Assembly (NCBI RefSeq): GCF_963676685.1
Contig: NC_092351.1
Location: 37,944,001 to 38,008,000 of the forward strand
Length of the DNA stretch: 64,000 nucleotides
Direction: 5' to 3'
DNA from: Mytilus edulis
Lineage: Eukaryota
The number at the start of each line of letters is the position of its first letter. The stretch's first letter is position 1. The translations under genes were made by a program, and so were the position numbers. The notes below the pieces were generated by a model. The model searched no databases and was not told where the DNA came from. It saw only the letters and a list, made by a program, of their open reading frames with translations. Shown piece by piece: positions 14,501 through 23,863 of the stretch.

Positions 14501-14893
14501 AAAGCAACTGATGATCAGACACCACAGTCTAAAACACAATGTTCACTACATTCAGGATGGTCATTGAAAGGAAGAAGAATGAATAAGAGATTTAGCATAG
14601 CTGTAAAAGACTATTTACTTAATTTATTTATGGAAGGTGAACAAACTGGCCGAAAATATACTCCAACAGAGGCTTCCAAAAAAATAAGAGCAGTCAGGGA
14701 TGAAAATGGGAATAGGCTTTTTTTGCCAGAAGAATGGCTGAGCTCACAACAAGTACAGGGTTTATTTTCCAGATTTGTCAATCAATCTGGAAAAATTCCT
14801 AAAGAGGAATCTGATGATGAACTAAATGATGCTATTATAGAAATTACTCGTCAGGAAAATGAACTTGCACTAATTCATTCAATTTGTCAATGA
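2549..14893 (+). CDS. Sola3-type DDD transposase, 9 predicted exons, ~1118 aa, with an N-terminal Cys/His-rich region and a C-terminal C2H2 finger
   Basis: Exons 2549-2924, 5511-5624, 6290-6424, 7314-7443, 9347-10103, 10724-11815, 12365-12460, 12988-13083 and 14333-14893. All are GT-AG and phase-compatible, totalling 3357 nt without internal stops. Motifs: MDWAMKFLP..FYGKKGINWH, LRSDNASCYH, FSEAQSGKDICDR and YTCGECGLTFVSLHEYNIH. Confidence 0.82.
3234..3378. repeat. Long imperfect palindrome (hairpin end typical of the small Crypton-like elements in this window)
   Basis: ATAATTGTCTAGTGTTTTTA..CTGTATTTGTAC..AGGTGTA..AGCT/AGCT..TACACCT..GTACAAATACAG..TAAAGACACTTAACAGTTAT. Confidence 0.6.
3386..4065 (+). 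mobile_element. Non-autonomous Helitron-like element in transposase intron 1
   Basis: 5' A|TCTATAATACTAAAA. 3' hairpin CCCGCGATATCACGGG followed by CTAG|T. Internal ~140-bp duplication (~3425-3560 vs ~3762-3900). Confidence 0.7.
6746..6876. repeat. Degenerate long palindrome (hairpin element)
   Basis: TAATACAGGGCCTTTTCCATA..GGTATCAT pairs with ATGATACC..TATGGAAAAGACCATGTATATTA. Confidence 0.5.
7091..7237. mobile_element. GC-rich MITE family (GGCGGATCCAG...GGATCCGCCCCTG); second copy at 61891-62013
   Basis: Shared core GATCAATGCATTT(A/G)AATGGGGACATA(C/T)AGTTGGA and inverted GGATCC ends. Confidence 0.6.
7470..7965 (+). mobile_element. Degenerate HINE/Helentron-type non-autonomous element
   Basis: 5' (CGT)n-like microsatellite. 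3' hairpin GCTGCGCTCTGTGGAGCA followed by TCTGGTTTT. Confidence 0.45.
8590..9296 (+). mobile_element. 3' part of a HINE/Helentron-type element with ~170-190-bp internal tandem repeats
   Basis: The unit ..ATGGCTGCC..GGACCCTA(T/C)..GAAACCAAACATG repeats about four times. Ends CAGGTGAGCAATTCTGGCTCTCATGTGCCTCTAGTTTT. Confidence 0.65.
13099..13511. mobile_element. Small non-coding element with a terminal ~160-bp hairpin plus an internal/terminal inverted repeat (Crypton-like end structure)
   Basis: Hairpin AGATTCTTACACTA...TAGTGTCGGAATCT (13099-13258), immediately followed by GTTTCTCTAAT, whose complement ATTAGAGAAA ends the element at 13502-13511. Confidence 0.65.
13843..14215 (+). mobile_element. 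HINE-type 5' fragment
   Basis: TTTATACCCCC..GGGATATATATAGGAATCACCCTGTC followed by a (CTGT)/(CCAT) microsatellite and two ~170-bp subrepeats. Confidence 0.45.
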
Positions 14894-15836
14894 TTTTTGT
14901 CGAGCCTGCAACTTTTGTTGCAAAAAGCTCGAAATAGGGATAGTGATCCGGCGGCGGCAGCGTAAGCTAATTTAAAAGGTTTATATTTTGGAAGGTGAAC
15001 GACAAGGAGGCTTCATTCTTTGTATATACATTGTAGATGCCTCATGTCACAAAGTTTCTGTCAGTCACATGTCCAATGCCCTTGACCTCATTTTCTTGGT
15101 TCAGTGACCACTTGAAAAAAAAGTTCAGAATTTTTGTAATGTTGAATTCTCTCTTTAATATTATAAGTAATAGGATAACTATATTTGGTATGTGCATACC
15201 TTGCAAGGTCCTCATGCCCGTCAGACAGTTTTCACTTGACCTCAACCTCATTTCTTGGATCAGTGAACAAGGTTAAGTTTTGGTGGTCAAGTCCATATCT
15301 CAGATACTATAAGCAATAGGGCTAGTATATTTGGTGTATGGAAGGACTGTAAGGTGTACATGTCCAACTGGCAGGTGTCATCTGACCTTGACCTTATTTT
15401 CATGGTTCAGTGGTTATAGTTAAGTTTTTAAGTTTTGGTCTTTTTAACTTATATTTTATGCCAAAGGTCAACTATATTTGGTGTATGTAAATATATTATG
15501 ATCTATATGTCAGTCCCGCAGGTTTAATTTGAACATGACCTCAATTTTACGGTTCATTGCACAGTGTTAAGTTTTTGTGTTTAGGTCTATATTTCTTAAA
15601 CTATAAGTAATAGGTTAACTATATTTGTTGTATGGAAGCATTGTTAGCTGTACATGTCTGTCTGGCATGGCTCATCTGATCTTGACCTCATTTTCATGGT
15701 TCATTGGTCTTTGTTTAGCTATCATGGTTTATGTTAAGTTCATGTGACGTTGTATTAAAGCTTTATACTTAGGAATATCAACATAATAACAATAATTAGT
15801 AAAGAAGGCGAGACATTTCAGTGTGTGCACTCTTTT
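14894..15836 (+). mobile_element. HINE/Helentron-type non-autonomous element (same family as 50110-51227), inserted directly after the transposase stop codon
   Basis: TTTTTGTCGAGCC..AGCTCGA, (GGC)n, internal TGACCTTGACCTCATTTTCATGGTTCA repeats, and 3' GGCGAGACATTTCAGTGTGTGCACTCTT. Confidence 0.8.
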
Positions 15837-17383
15837 TCTTTTATGCTGGAACTAAAATATTTATTGCAATGTTTTGACCAACCTTTTGTGATATTCCTTT
15901 AGATTTACAGTTTGTTTCTGCTTCATAATTTTTATGTACATGTAGCCATCATGGTTCAAGATTTAAAAGTCCATGACACAAAATTCGAATATATATATAT
16001 TATATATGTATTTGCATGAATTATAGCAATGCATTAGGGTTTTAGCTGAGGTGCTACCAGACTATTGGGGATGGCGGATAGGGGTAAAGGTGTTAAAAAT
16101 TGTTTTCAACAGTTTATATTCCTGTCAAACCCTATAATTTACACTTACTTTGCTTGTTTTAATAAAAGGTCAAGGTTTCAATTACTAAACATGATAAAAA
16201 TAAAAATATTTCAGAAATTAGTTTTTTGAATGGAAGTTTTCTTGTGCACTATGGTACCATTTAGACTTTTATTGTTGTAAATTGAAAGACAAGAAACATG
16301 GAATAAATACTTGCACCTGTCTGCAAGTTTAAGGAGGTCATGGTTAAATTCTTAGTTTAAAAATTTGTAGTAAATGTACAGACAATAATTATTGCTGACG
16401 AAAATAGAATTTGTTGGGATTGGTCTTAGAAACGGGTATAAATGTGAAGTTCACGGATACTTTCCTTGCCTATTTTATTCTGTAATTTTTGCAATATTGT
16501 GTTCTTTCAACTTATCTTGAACATGTTGAACCTTATTTAAATATTAGATTGATCTATTGGAATAAAAATAAATCATTGCCATCACTATTTGCTTATTTGT
16601 GAGTTTGTGTGTAATTTAAATACATGATCATCTTGCATCGTGATCTTATATTATCCATGGAGAAATTGAGGCTGCACCAATGTTAAAATATATTAAACAG
16701 GAAAGCAGTTATTATTTTTTTAGTTACTGATACCCCTTTCATTAAGAATAATGAGATTTGACTTTATTAAAAGAAAAATATGCATGCATGTGTAGAAGTT
16801 TGATCTGGCAATAATACAGTTTGAAGCAGTTTTTTGAGCTGAGAGGGGTATGCTGTTCCGATTTTTTTAGCCTTACAGGAATGTGATCCCACTAAATTTT
16901 TTGTTCTTTTTATTAAAGAATATGATAATCTGTTAGCTCTATATGGTAAATTTCCAATATTTACCATGGATGGAATTCCAGAAGACTTCAAAAATGGTTG
17001 ATTTTGGCAAAATGAACAATTGGTGTTTTGGATGTCCTTATTAGGTGTTTTTTTTCCTTTGTCAATATATTGATTATAACAAGTAATTTATGGAATAGGT
17101 ACACTAAGGTGGATATTATCTTGTATCAATATAGTTAAGCTCTTTAAATTGTGATTAAGAAGAAATGTTGAATTGAAAACGTAGTAAAAATCAGTTTTTC
17201 TTGGCTGTTTCTAAGGCAAAAATGATGATGTTCGTGTTGCCATGGCAACCATGCACATTTTTTTCCGCAGACATTTTTTTTTTTCATTTCATGTCTTAAA
17301 TAGACCTCATGTAAAGTTTCATTGAAATCTGAGTCCCATGATGTGCCAACCATTGCCTGAGTTTTCCTTGGACAGCCTCTTAA

Positions 17384-18152
17384 TTCAAAACAGTCACCAA
17401 TATAACAGCCCAGTTTTTCCATAGAGTAACATTTTCTTGGGTCAAGAGCCATAAAAATTTAGAAGATTTATTTAAATTTATAAAATAATAACAATTGTTA
17501 GAAATGTCTTGGAAAAAAATCGTCCCTTTGAATATCATAAAGAGGGCATTCTAATAAAACATGAAGCTCATCTTCAACTTTACCGAATGAGCAATTAGAA
17601 CAAAGACGCTCAGATCTTTCTATATGTTTTTTTGAATATCTGTTTGTCTCAATTTTTAAATGAGCGCTTATTCTTAATTTACAAATTGACTGTCTTTTTA
17701 TGAAGTCCTGTAATTCTAAATATTTTTCTTTTTTAAAACATTTTTTTCCCTTTTTCGGAGTTAATGGTTTGATGCTTCGGTTTATTCCAAAATATAAAAG
17801 AACTTTTACATAGTTTATTTTTAACATACTGACATAAAAAACCAATTGATTGGTCAAAATTTGGTAATTCAATCTCTTTCTGAATATAATCTATACTATA
17901 GAATACTATGTATTTACATTAGAACTATGTAACTGTATGTTTACAACATATAAATGCATCAAATAATAATCCTTCTTTCAAACATTCCAGTCTATGACAA
18001 TATTTTAACATTGATAAAATTATAGTAAAATGCATAGGAAATCTACCAATCTCTGACATTACAGCTATATTACTTGACTTTCTGTTTGCACCAAGAATAT
18101 ATTTCATAAATTTGGTATGAGCTTTTTCAGAAGAATCCTGACCAAAAACTTG
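17384..18152 (-). pseudogene. 5'-truncated LINE ORF2 C-terminal fragment (post-RT region and CCHC-type finger), frameshifted
   Basis: KYILGANRKSSNIAVMSEIGRFP and KLRISAHLKIETNRY..RLCSNCSFGKVEDELHVLLECPLY are typical non-LTR retrotransposon C-terminal motifs. Confidence 0.85.
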
Positions 18153-18435
18153 TTCCTATAGAGAACGTTCTATACTATAGTAGATATGTAATATTCAGAC
18201 AACAAGGGATCCTGTAGAACGTCCTTTAGTGTATACATGATAAACAAACAATATAAGGGATCCTATAGAACGTTCTGTAGTAGATATATAAGGTTCAGAC
18301 AACAGGGGATCATGTAGAACAACCAGGGAATCCTGTAGAACGCCCTAACCATGCTAACAGTAGCTTTATTGTAAACCAGTAACAATGGTTCCTATAGAAC
18401 GTACAGCTATAGTAGAATGGTCAGACAACAGGGGT
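18153..18435. repeat. Distal, more degenerate part of the same ~120-bp satellite array
   Basis: GGGATCCTGTAGAACG and CAGACAACAGGGG motifs in the same orientation as 1-1722. Confidence 0.85.
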
Positions 18436-19254
18436 CAAATTACAGATTCGTTTCTTTAAACGCAGACCAGTTTAAACACTCTCTCACACCCCTGTAAAGC
18501 CTTAGTACGTGTAACATGTTTAACATGTGTAAGCTACATCTTTTTTCAATTTGCCTACCATTTGCCTACATAAAAATACTCTTTTAAACGGATAATAAAA
18601 ATATTATTAACTCCATAGTATATCCAAAGCCATGGGACCACGTGCATGTGACATTTGCAGGTCTTTACAACATAATTAAGGCACTAAATACTACTGTTGA
18701 TCATATCTATATGAAATGTATCATGTGTATTTTAAAAAGGAATCTGTATATATATTTGCACAATGATATATGCATGATATGCTACTGTAATGCGGTACAT
18801 TTTCCTTTTTTTTTCATGTGATAAAAAAATAAATAAAGCAAATTCACCGTGTTTCATGAAAGTTAATGATTTTGAATCGGTTTTTTTAATAGTTGTACAT
18901 GTTGAGAATATTCTATTTTTAGAATAAGTATTTTCAGAATCGTTTATAAATAGCCTATAAATAGAATATGCATAATTCATGAATCGTGACGTAGGGCGGT
19001 CTACGGGATCCCTTCTTCCGCTTACCTAATTATTTGGACTACTCAGTGCTTTCTTAAAATTATTTGAAATCAATGTGATCGTTTTCATGATGAACACTGA
19101 GCGAATAATGACAAGATAAATGTAATTTTATCCACTAAACTAAGTAAAATATAATCATAATAAATAACTTGTCGTTGAACTTAAAAATGATGATCGATGA
19201 ACAATCTGCTGATTCATATCGTATCATTCTAATGTTCTGACTTACTATGCTCGA

Positions 19255-19403
19255 GGGGGTCATGGATGCATGGATAGGACCTTTATCGGGACTCCGGGAT
19301 TGGGTGTTTTTAAGCTCGTGATTTCGGGATGTCGGGATTTACTTTATTTAAATTCGGGACCTCGTGATTTCGTGTTTTTAAACGGGCCGGGATTTCGGGA
19401 TCA
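19255..19403. mobile_element. Small MITE-like element with (TTTCGGGAT)-type internal repeats
   Basis: AGGGGGT...ACCCCCCT ends and about eight CGGGA(T/C)/CGTGAT motifs. Confidence 0.45.
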
Positions 19404-19732
19404 GGAACCCTCCTACCCCCCTCTATGTTGATGCTTTGTGAAAAATACAGAAATTTGACTTACCGGTATGCTACCATTATATTTGCCATCGTTAGAGTCA
19501 TGTCCAAAGCAGAATATTAATGAAACACATGCAATAATTCCTTCAAATCTTTATACTTTGTGCAAGAGAACGCCATGTTTAATGTTTACTGCACTGTGAC
19601 AAAATTTCAAATGACGTAATGCAGCCTGTGACGTCAAGTGTGATTCGCCGTGATCCGACGCGAAAACGAAGTTCGTTTGTTATTTACTCTATTATTGTAG
19701 TGATTTTTAATTTTTTTTTAAATTACCGATAA

Positions 19733-19861
19733 ACAGAATAAAGGACTTTTTGTTTTTGATACTGACTTTATCACAGAAAATATCAGGCTCGCCCTTCGGG
19801 CTCACCTGATATTTTACTGTGATAAAGTCAGTATCAAAAACAATAAGTCCTTTATTCTATA
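19733..19861. repeat. Near-perfect ~128-bp palindrome with a C(TTCG)G loop; end of a small Crypton-like element
   Basis: AGAATAAAGGACTTTTTGTTTTTGATACTGACTTTATCACAGAAAATATCAGG-CTCGCCCTTCGGGCTCA-CCTGATATTTTACTGTGATAAAGTCAGTATCAAAAACAATAAGTCCTTTATTCT. Confidence 0.85.
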
Positions 19862-21112
19862 TTTATTCCCATAATTTTCACTAAAACGTGGCATTATTCA
19901 CGTTATTTTACAATTATGAAATATTTACTAATGTCAATTTTTGTTTTAGAACCACAGTACTATTTTTGTCCTTTAAATGAAATCTAAATGTGTTTGTTTC
20001 GCCTTTTATTACAAAAATTGCTATGCGTATAAGCATAAATACTACACACTTGTGCGACGCCTTTTAGTTTTACTGAAAACTGCGCAGACTAAGAAATGTT
20101 TTTACAAGTGCAAAATGTTTTTTGATGGTAGATATCATTTTGTCAGAGAATTTCTTTTTTTTTTATTAGGTTCTTATAACATGCCAAAAATCTGTATATT
20201 TAATAGAGTTTAACATTAAATTAAGCGTTTTACTCTTAACAGACGTTTAACCAACCCCATTAACAGACCAATCGCCCATATAGCCGCATACTCAATATAG
20301 ATTAACCGACCAATCTCTCGGTTAGCCGAATGTCGGCCGTGTTATTGTGCTATGTATATTTATTCATACAGTTTGTTTATAACTTTGTAGACACCTTTGT
20401 GACAATTCAATAAAATAACTATCTCAAGATTATATGTCGACCTTCTTGTATGGCCATTGTGAGTTCAATCAACCTGTGATGTACACAAGAAAAACACCTA
20501 TTTTGTTTACAGATGGTTTTACCGATGTTTTTTATGTTATCAAATCATAACACCTATAATACATGTTCAGATATTAGAAATGTGATAGTATCGAGTACAC
20601 CTTTTGGATTGAAATATGGTGAGTGCGAATTCAATTGTAGTTAGTGTACAATGTTTGATAAGTGTACATTGTTTAATATCTTCATTATTTGAAAGTAGAT
20701 ATCCAGTGGACGATACGATTATCATACATTTTAGCTGATCATGATCATGACTAAAACGATACAACACCCTGTTGTGAAACTGAGTCAACGATCACCTAAA
20801 GGCAAGTTTGACTGAGAATCCCATCATATTTGCAAAACAAAGAATCTGATAAGGAAAATAAAAGCGTATAAATTTCACGCTTGTCTTGGTTAACCTTCAT
20901 CTATCTGTCGGTTAACCTCAGAACCATATTTTGAAAGACTGAGATGCAGATCGAATTACTTACTCAGTTATATGACCTAATGGGATCAAAAACTAAAGAG
21001 TAGCAAAACTTAATTCTAAGGTATACTCTACCTAGGGAGTTGAAAACTTATTATCTTAGTAACTTCTAAAGGTTATCATCGGAGACTGACAATCCAAAAG
21101 CAGCGGTATTCA

Positions 21113-21386
21113 CCGCAGGCGTTTTTGGAGTGGACCCCCTTTTTAAAATTTGGTTTTTACATTTTATTTGAAAATACTTTTTTTATAGTTCAACTTATTT
21201 CAACTTTCGGATAGAGGGAACATTTATTTTACTAATATTGTTAAATCGCATTGAAAAGATTTTGAACACCTTGAATAAGTAAAACTAAGTTAATATAAAT
21301 TGAAAATAAAAAAAATATTTTCAAATAAATTATGAAAACCAAAAATAAGGAATAAAAAAGGGGTGTCAATTCCACAAACCCTGTGG
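21113..21386. mobile_element. Foldback/MITE with imperfect long TIRs
   Basis: CCGCAGG..TTTGGAGTGGACCCCCTTTT pairs with AAAAGGGGTGTCAATTCCACAAACCCTGTGG. Flanks TATTCA/TATCCA may be a target-site duplication. Confidence 0.5.
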
Positions 21387-23863
21387 TATCCACCTATTGC
21401 TAAGTTAATGAACATTCTATTGAAAAATAGTTCAGAACCTTAAAAATTGACTCGTTTTCCATGATCTGGCATCAAGATTTGTTTTGCAATCAGACTATTA
21501 CAAGTTACTATTTCAATTTGAAACCTAAATGTGAAAAATATATTCATTTAGGTCACGGAAGACGCACCAATAAGTCGTTTAGTATATTATTATAGAGTTT
21601 GGTTTAGTTTCTAGAACATTATTAACTTTAATAAATGTATTAATACAGATTCCGGATTTACAGTTGTATGTATTATTAGCTAATTTGAAGCATGCATGTT
21701 TAACTTCGCCACATTCTTATTTGCTCCCCCCGGCACACATTGTGACAGGGGAATATTGATATGTTCACTTTGGTCTTCGTCTTGCCGGCAGTTAAACTAG
21801 CGCTTAAGTCAGGCGTACATTTTGCTGTGCGGGGTGTACAAGTTTACAGCCACGTCCGGTTATATTGTATATAACTTCAATTTAATCTCTCTTGTACAGA
21901 GAGTGTCACGTTCTCTGCACGTTAAAAACATGAAACTCGTCGAGGGGTTCGTAGGATAACTATTCTATATATCCTCATTTTTCAGTGGCAGTTAAAATTT
22001 CTCCTATCTTCATTTCGGACAACCTATACTACAAGACCTACCTATTGTATATATTGTTAATTTGTCCTGGAAGTATTTGCCACTTGACGTTTAGCAACCA
22101 ATAATAAATCAATCTTATATGTTTCTATTCTGAAACCGGAATATCGGTAGGTTCCGTTAGTTCATGTCCCTCGTATTCGTTTTTTCATTTATAAATTTGA
22201 AATATATTATGCCGTTTATTTCATCGTATGAGTTATTTCGGGCCTTTTACAGTTGACTTAATATGAATATTGAAGCAACCAACAATCAATCATTATATTT
22301 AGATATATGTAGTAAATCCAATGGTGACAGGTAGTAAAAGATAACGGATCCTTCAGAGTAAAGGAAGTTTCATGAAAGACACAAATGTATTTTGTATAAG
22401 AAACGTCGCACGCTACTGGTGTTACTTTGGTAAAATCACGGACAAGACACATTCATCTTATTAATTTTTAAACATAAAAATTGATATTATAAAGTGTTGT
22501 ATATCATTTTAAAGCTTTTAAACTCTTCTTTCAGATTATTGCAATTTTGTATATGTAACAGACCATTTTCATTAATTAAAACTCAATAAAATAAAACCTT
22601 TATTTTGCAATATGATTTCCTTGTCCCGCGTTACACTTTTAGTTTTGTGAAATTCTGAATACCGTAAAAAACATATAAATTTTATTACCAAACGATATAA
22701 AAGTTTGTCTAGAACAAGCAATTCATAATTGGGCGATGACGTAATGTCGATTTTTTTCTCTCGAAAAGACGGAAATATAAAAAAAAAGGGATCAAGATGA
22801 TACAAATTATTTGTCCCATGCACGAAAGGTTGCCGTAATTTTTGTTAAATTGTCTCAAAAAAGGAAATTTCAAAGTAATCCCCATGTCGAAAATAAATAA
22901 TTCTTATACTTGTATTTTGTAGAAAGATCACACTTTCGCCTCATGCAATAATCAGGATTTTTTAAAATAAATTCTTATTATTCGAGTTGAATAGCAATGT
23001 CCGACATTTTGTCCCCTTCAAACTAAATTAAACGTATGGTTACGTTTTCTGTTTTTTTTTCATGATGTTTATTTAATACAGTGCCATTCGCTACATAAAA
23101 CAAATTATAATGGATAAAAGTACAAAAAATTAGCTCTATTTTGATAATAAATTCCCATAAATTAAATATAATATACGAGATATCAGATAAAACTAAAATG
23201 TCCGATACAATGTCCCCACATACGATTTTGACGTTATTTTATAAAAATATACTTCTAACGTTCCGTCTAATTGTCATTATTGCGGTTTTCACAGACGATT
23301 TGGAATACGGCTATTTTATTTTGTTGCTTAATAAGAAAACTTTAAAATTAATTTTTTATGTGGAAGCTCTACCGATTCATAAAGAAGGGGTTGGGAGAGA
23401 TTTTCTCGCGGAACTGAAGTGTTTTCCGGACTATAATAGTCGGATCCGCTATAATACAAATTAATAGAAAAAAAACAGCAATAATAATTGTTCCCGTTAA
23501 TTCCCTTGCATATATTTGTACAGAACTAAGATGCTAGATATGCAGTAGTCCTTTCGCCTTTATTTGACATTCTGGAGTGCAAAGATGAGTGCATTTGCAG
23601 TGCATAGTATACCCATAAAAAAAGTAATCGATTGCCTTTATAATTAAAATGTATATAAAACAAATGGTTTCAATTCAAGTTACTTTTTTATTTTTAATTT
23701 GCTAATAAAACTAAAGCTTAACATCTTTTATCTAAGAAAAAACAATTAATCCTTTCTTAGGGAAAAAAAATCAATCCTTTAAAATTTATTGTAAAAAGCC
23801 ATCTGAACAACATGCATTCCAACGTTTTTATTTTGGCTTACGTCTTTGAGTGTGTAACGTTAG

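Larger units (their letters stand above)
1967..17379 (+). mobile_element. Full-length Sola3-like DNA transposon (15,413 bp) with TTAA target-site duplication
   Basis: TTAA (1963-1966) precedes GAGGCTGTCCA; TGGACAGCCTC is followed by TTAA (17380-17383). Both ends also share the blocks GAAAAC, CAGGCAA and GTTGGCACAT. The element encloses a DDD transposase gene. GAG termini with a TTAA target are described for Sola3. Confidence 0.85.

Noticed and set aside
16767-17452. ORFs 16767-16991 and 17144-17452 as a second transposon gene
   Set aside because: No motifs or clear exon structure. The second ORF is LINE sequence reading into the transposon terminus.
21720-22112. Possible tRNA-derived SINE with a CAAT-type tail
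   Set aside because: The tail looks SINE-like, but no Pol III A/B boxes or TSD could be identified.
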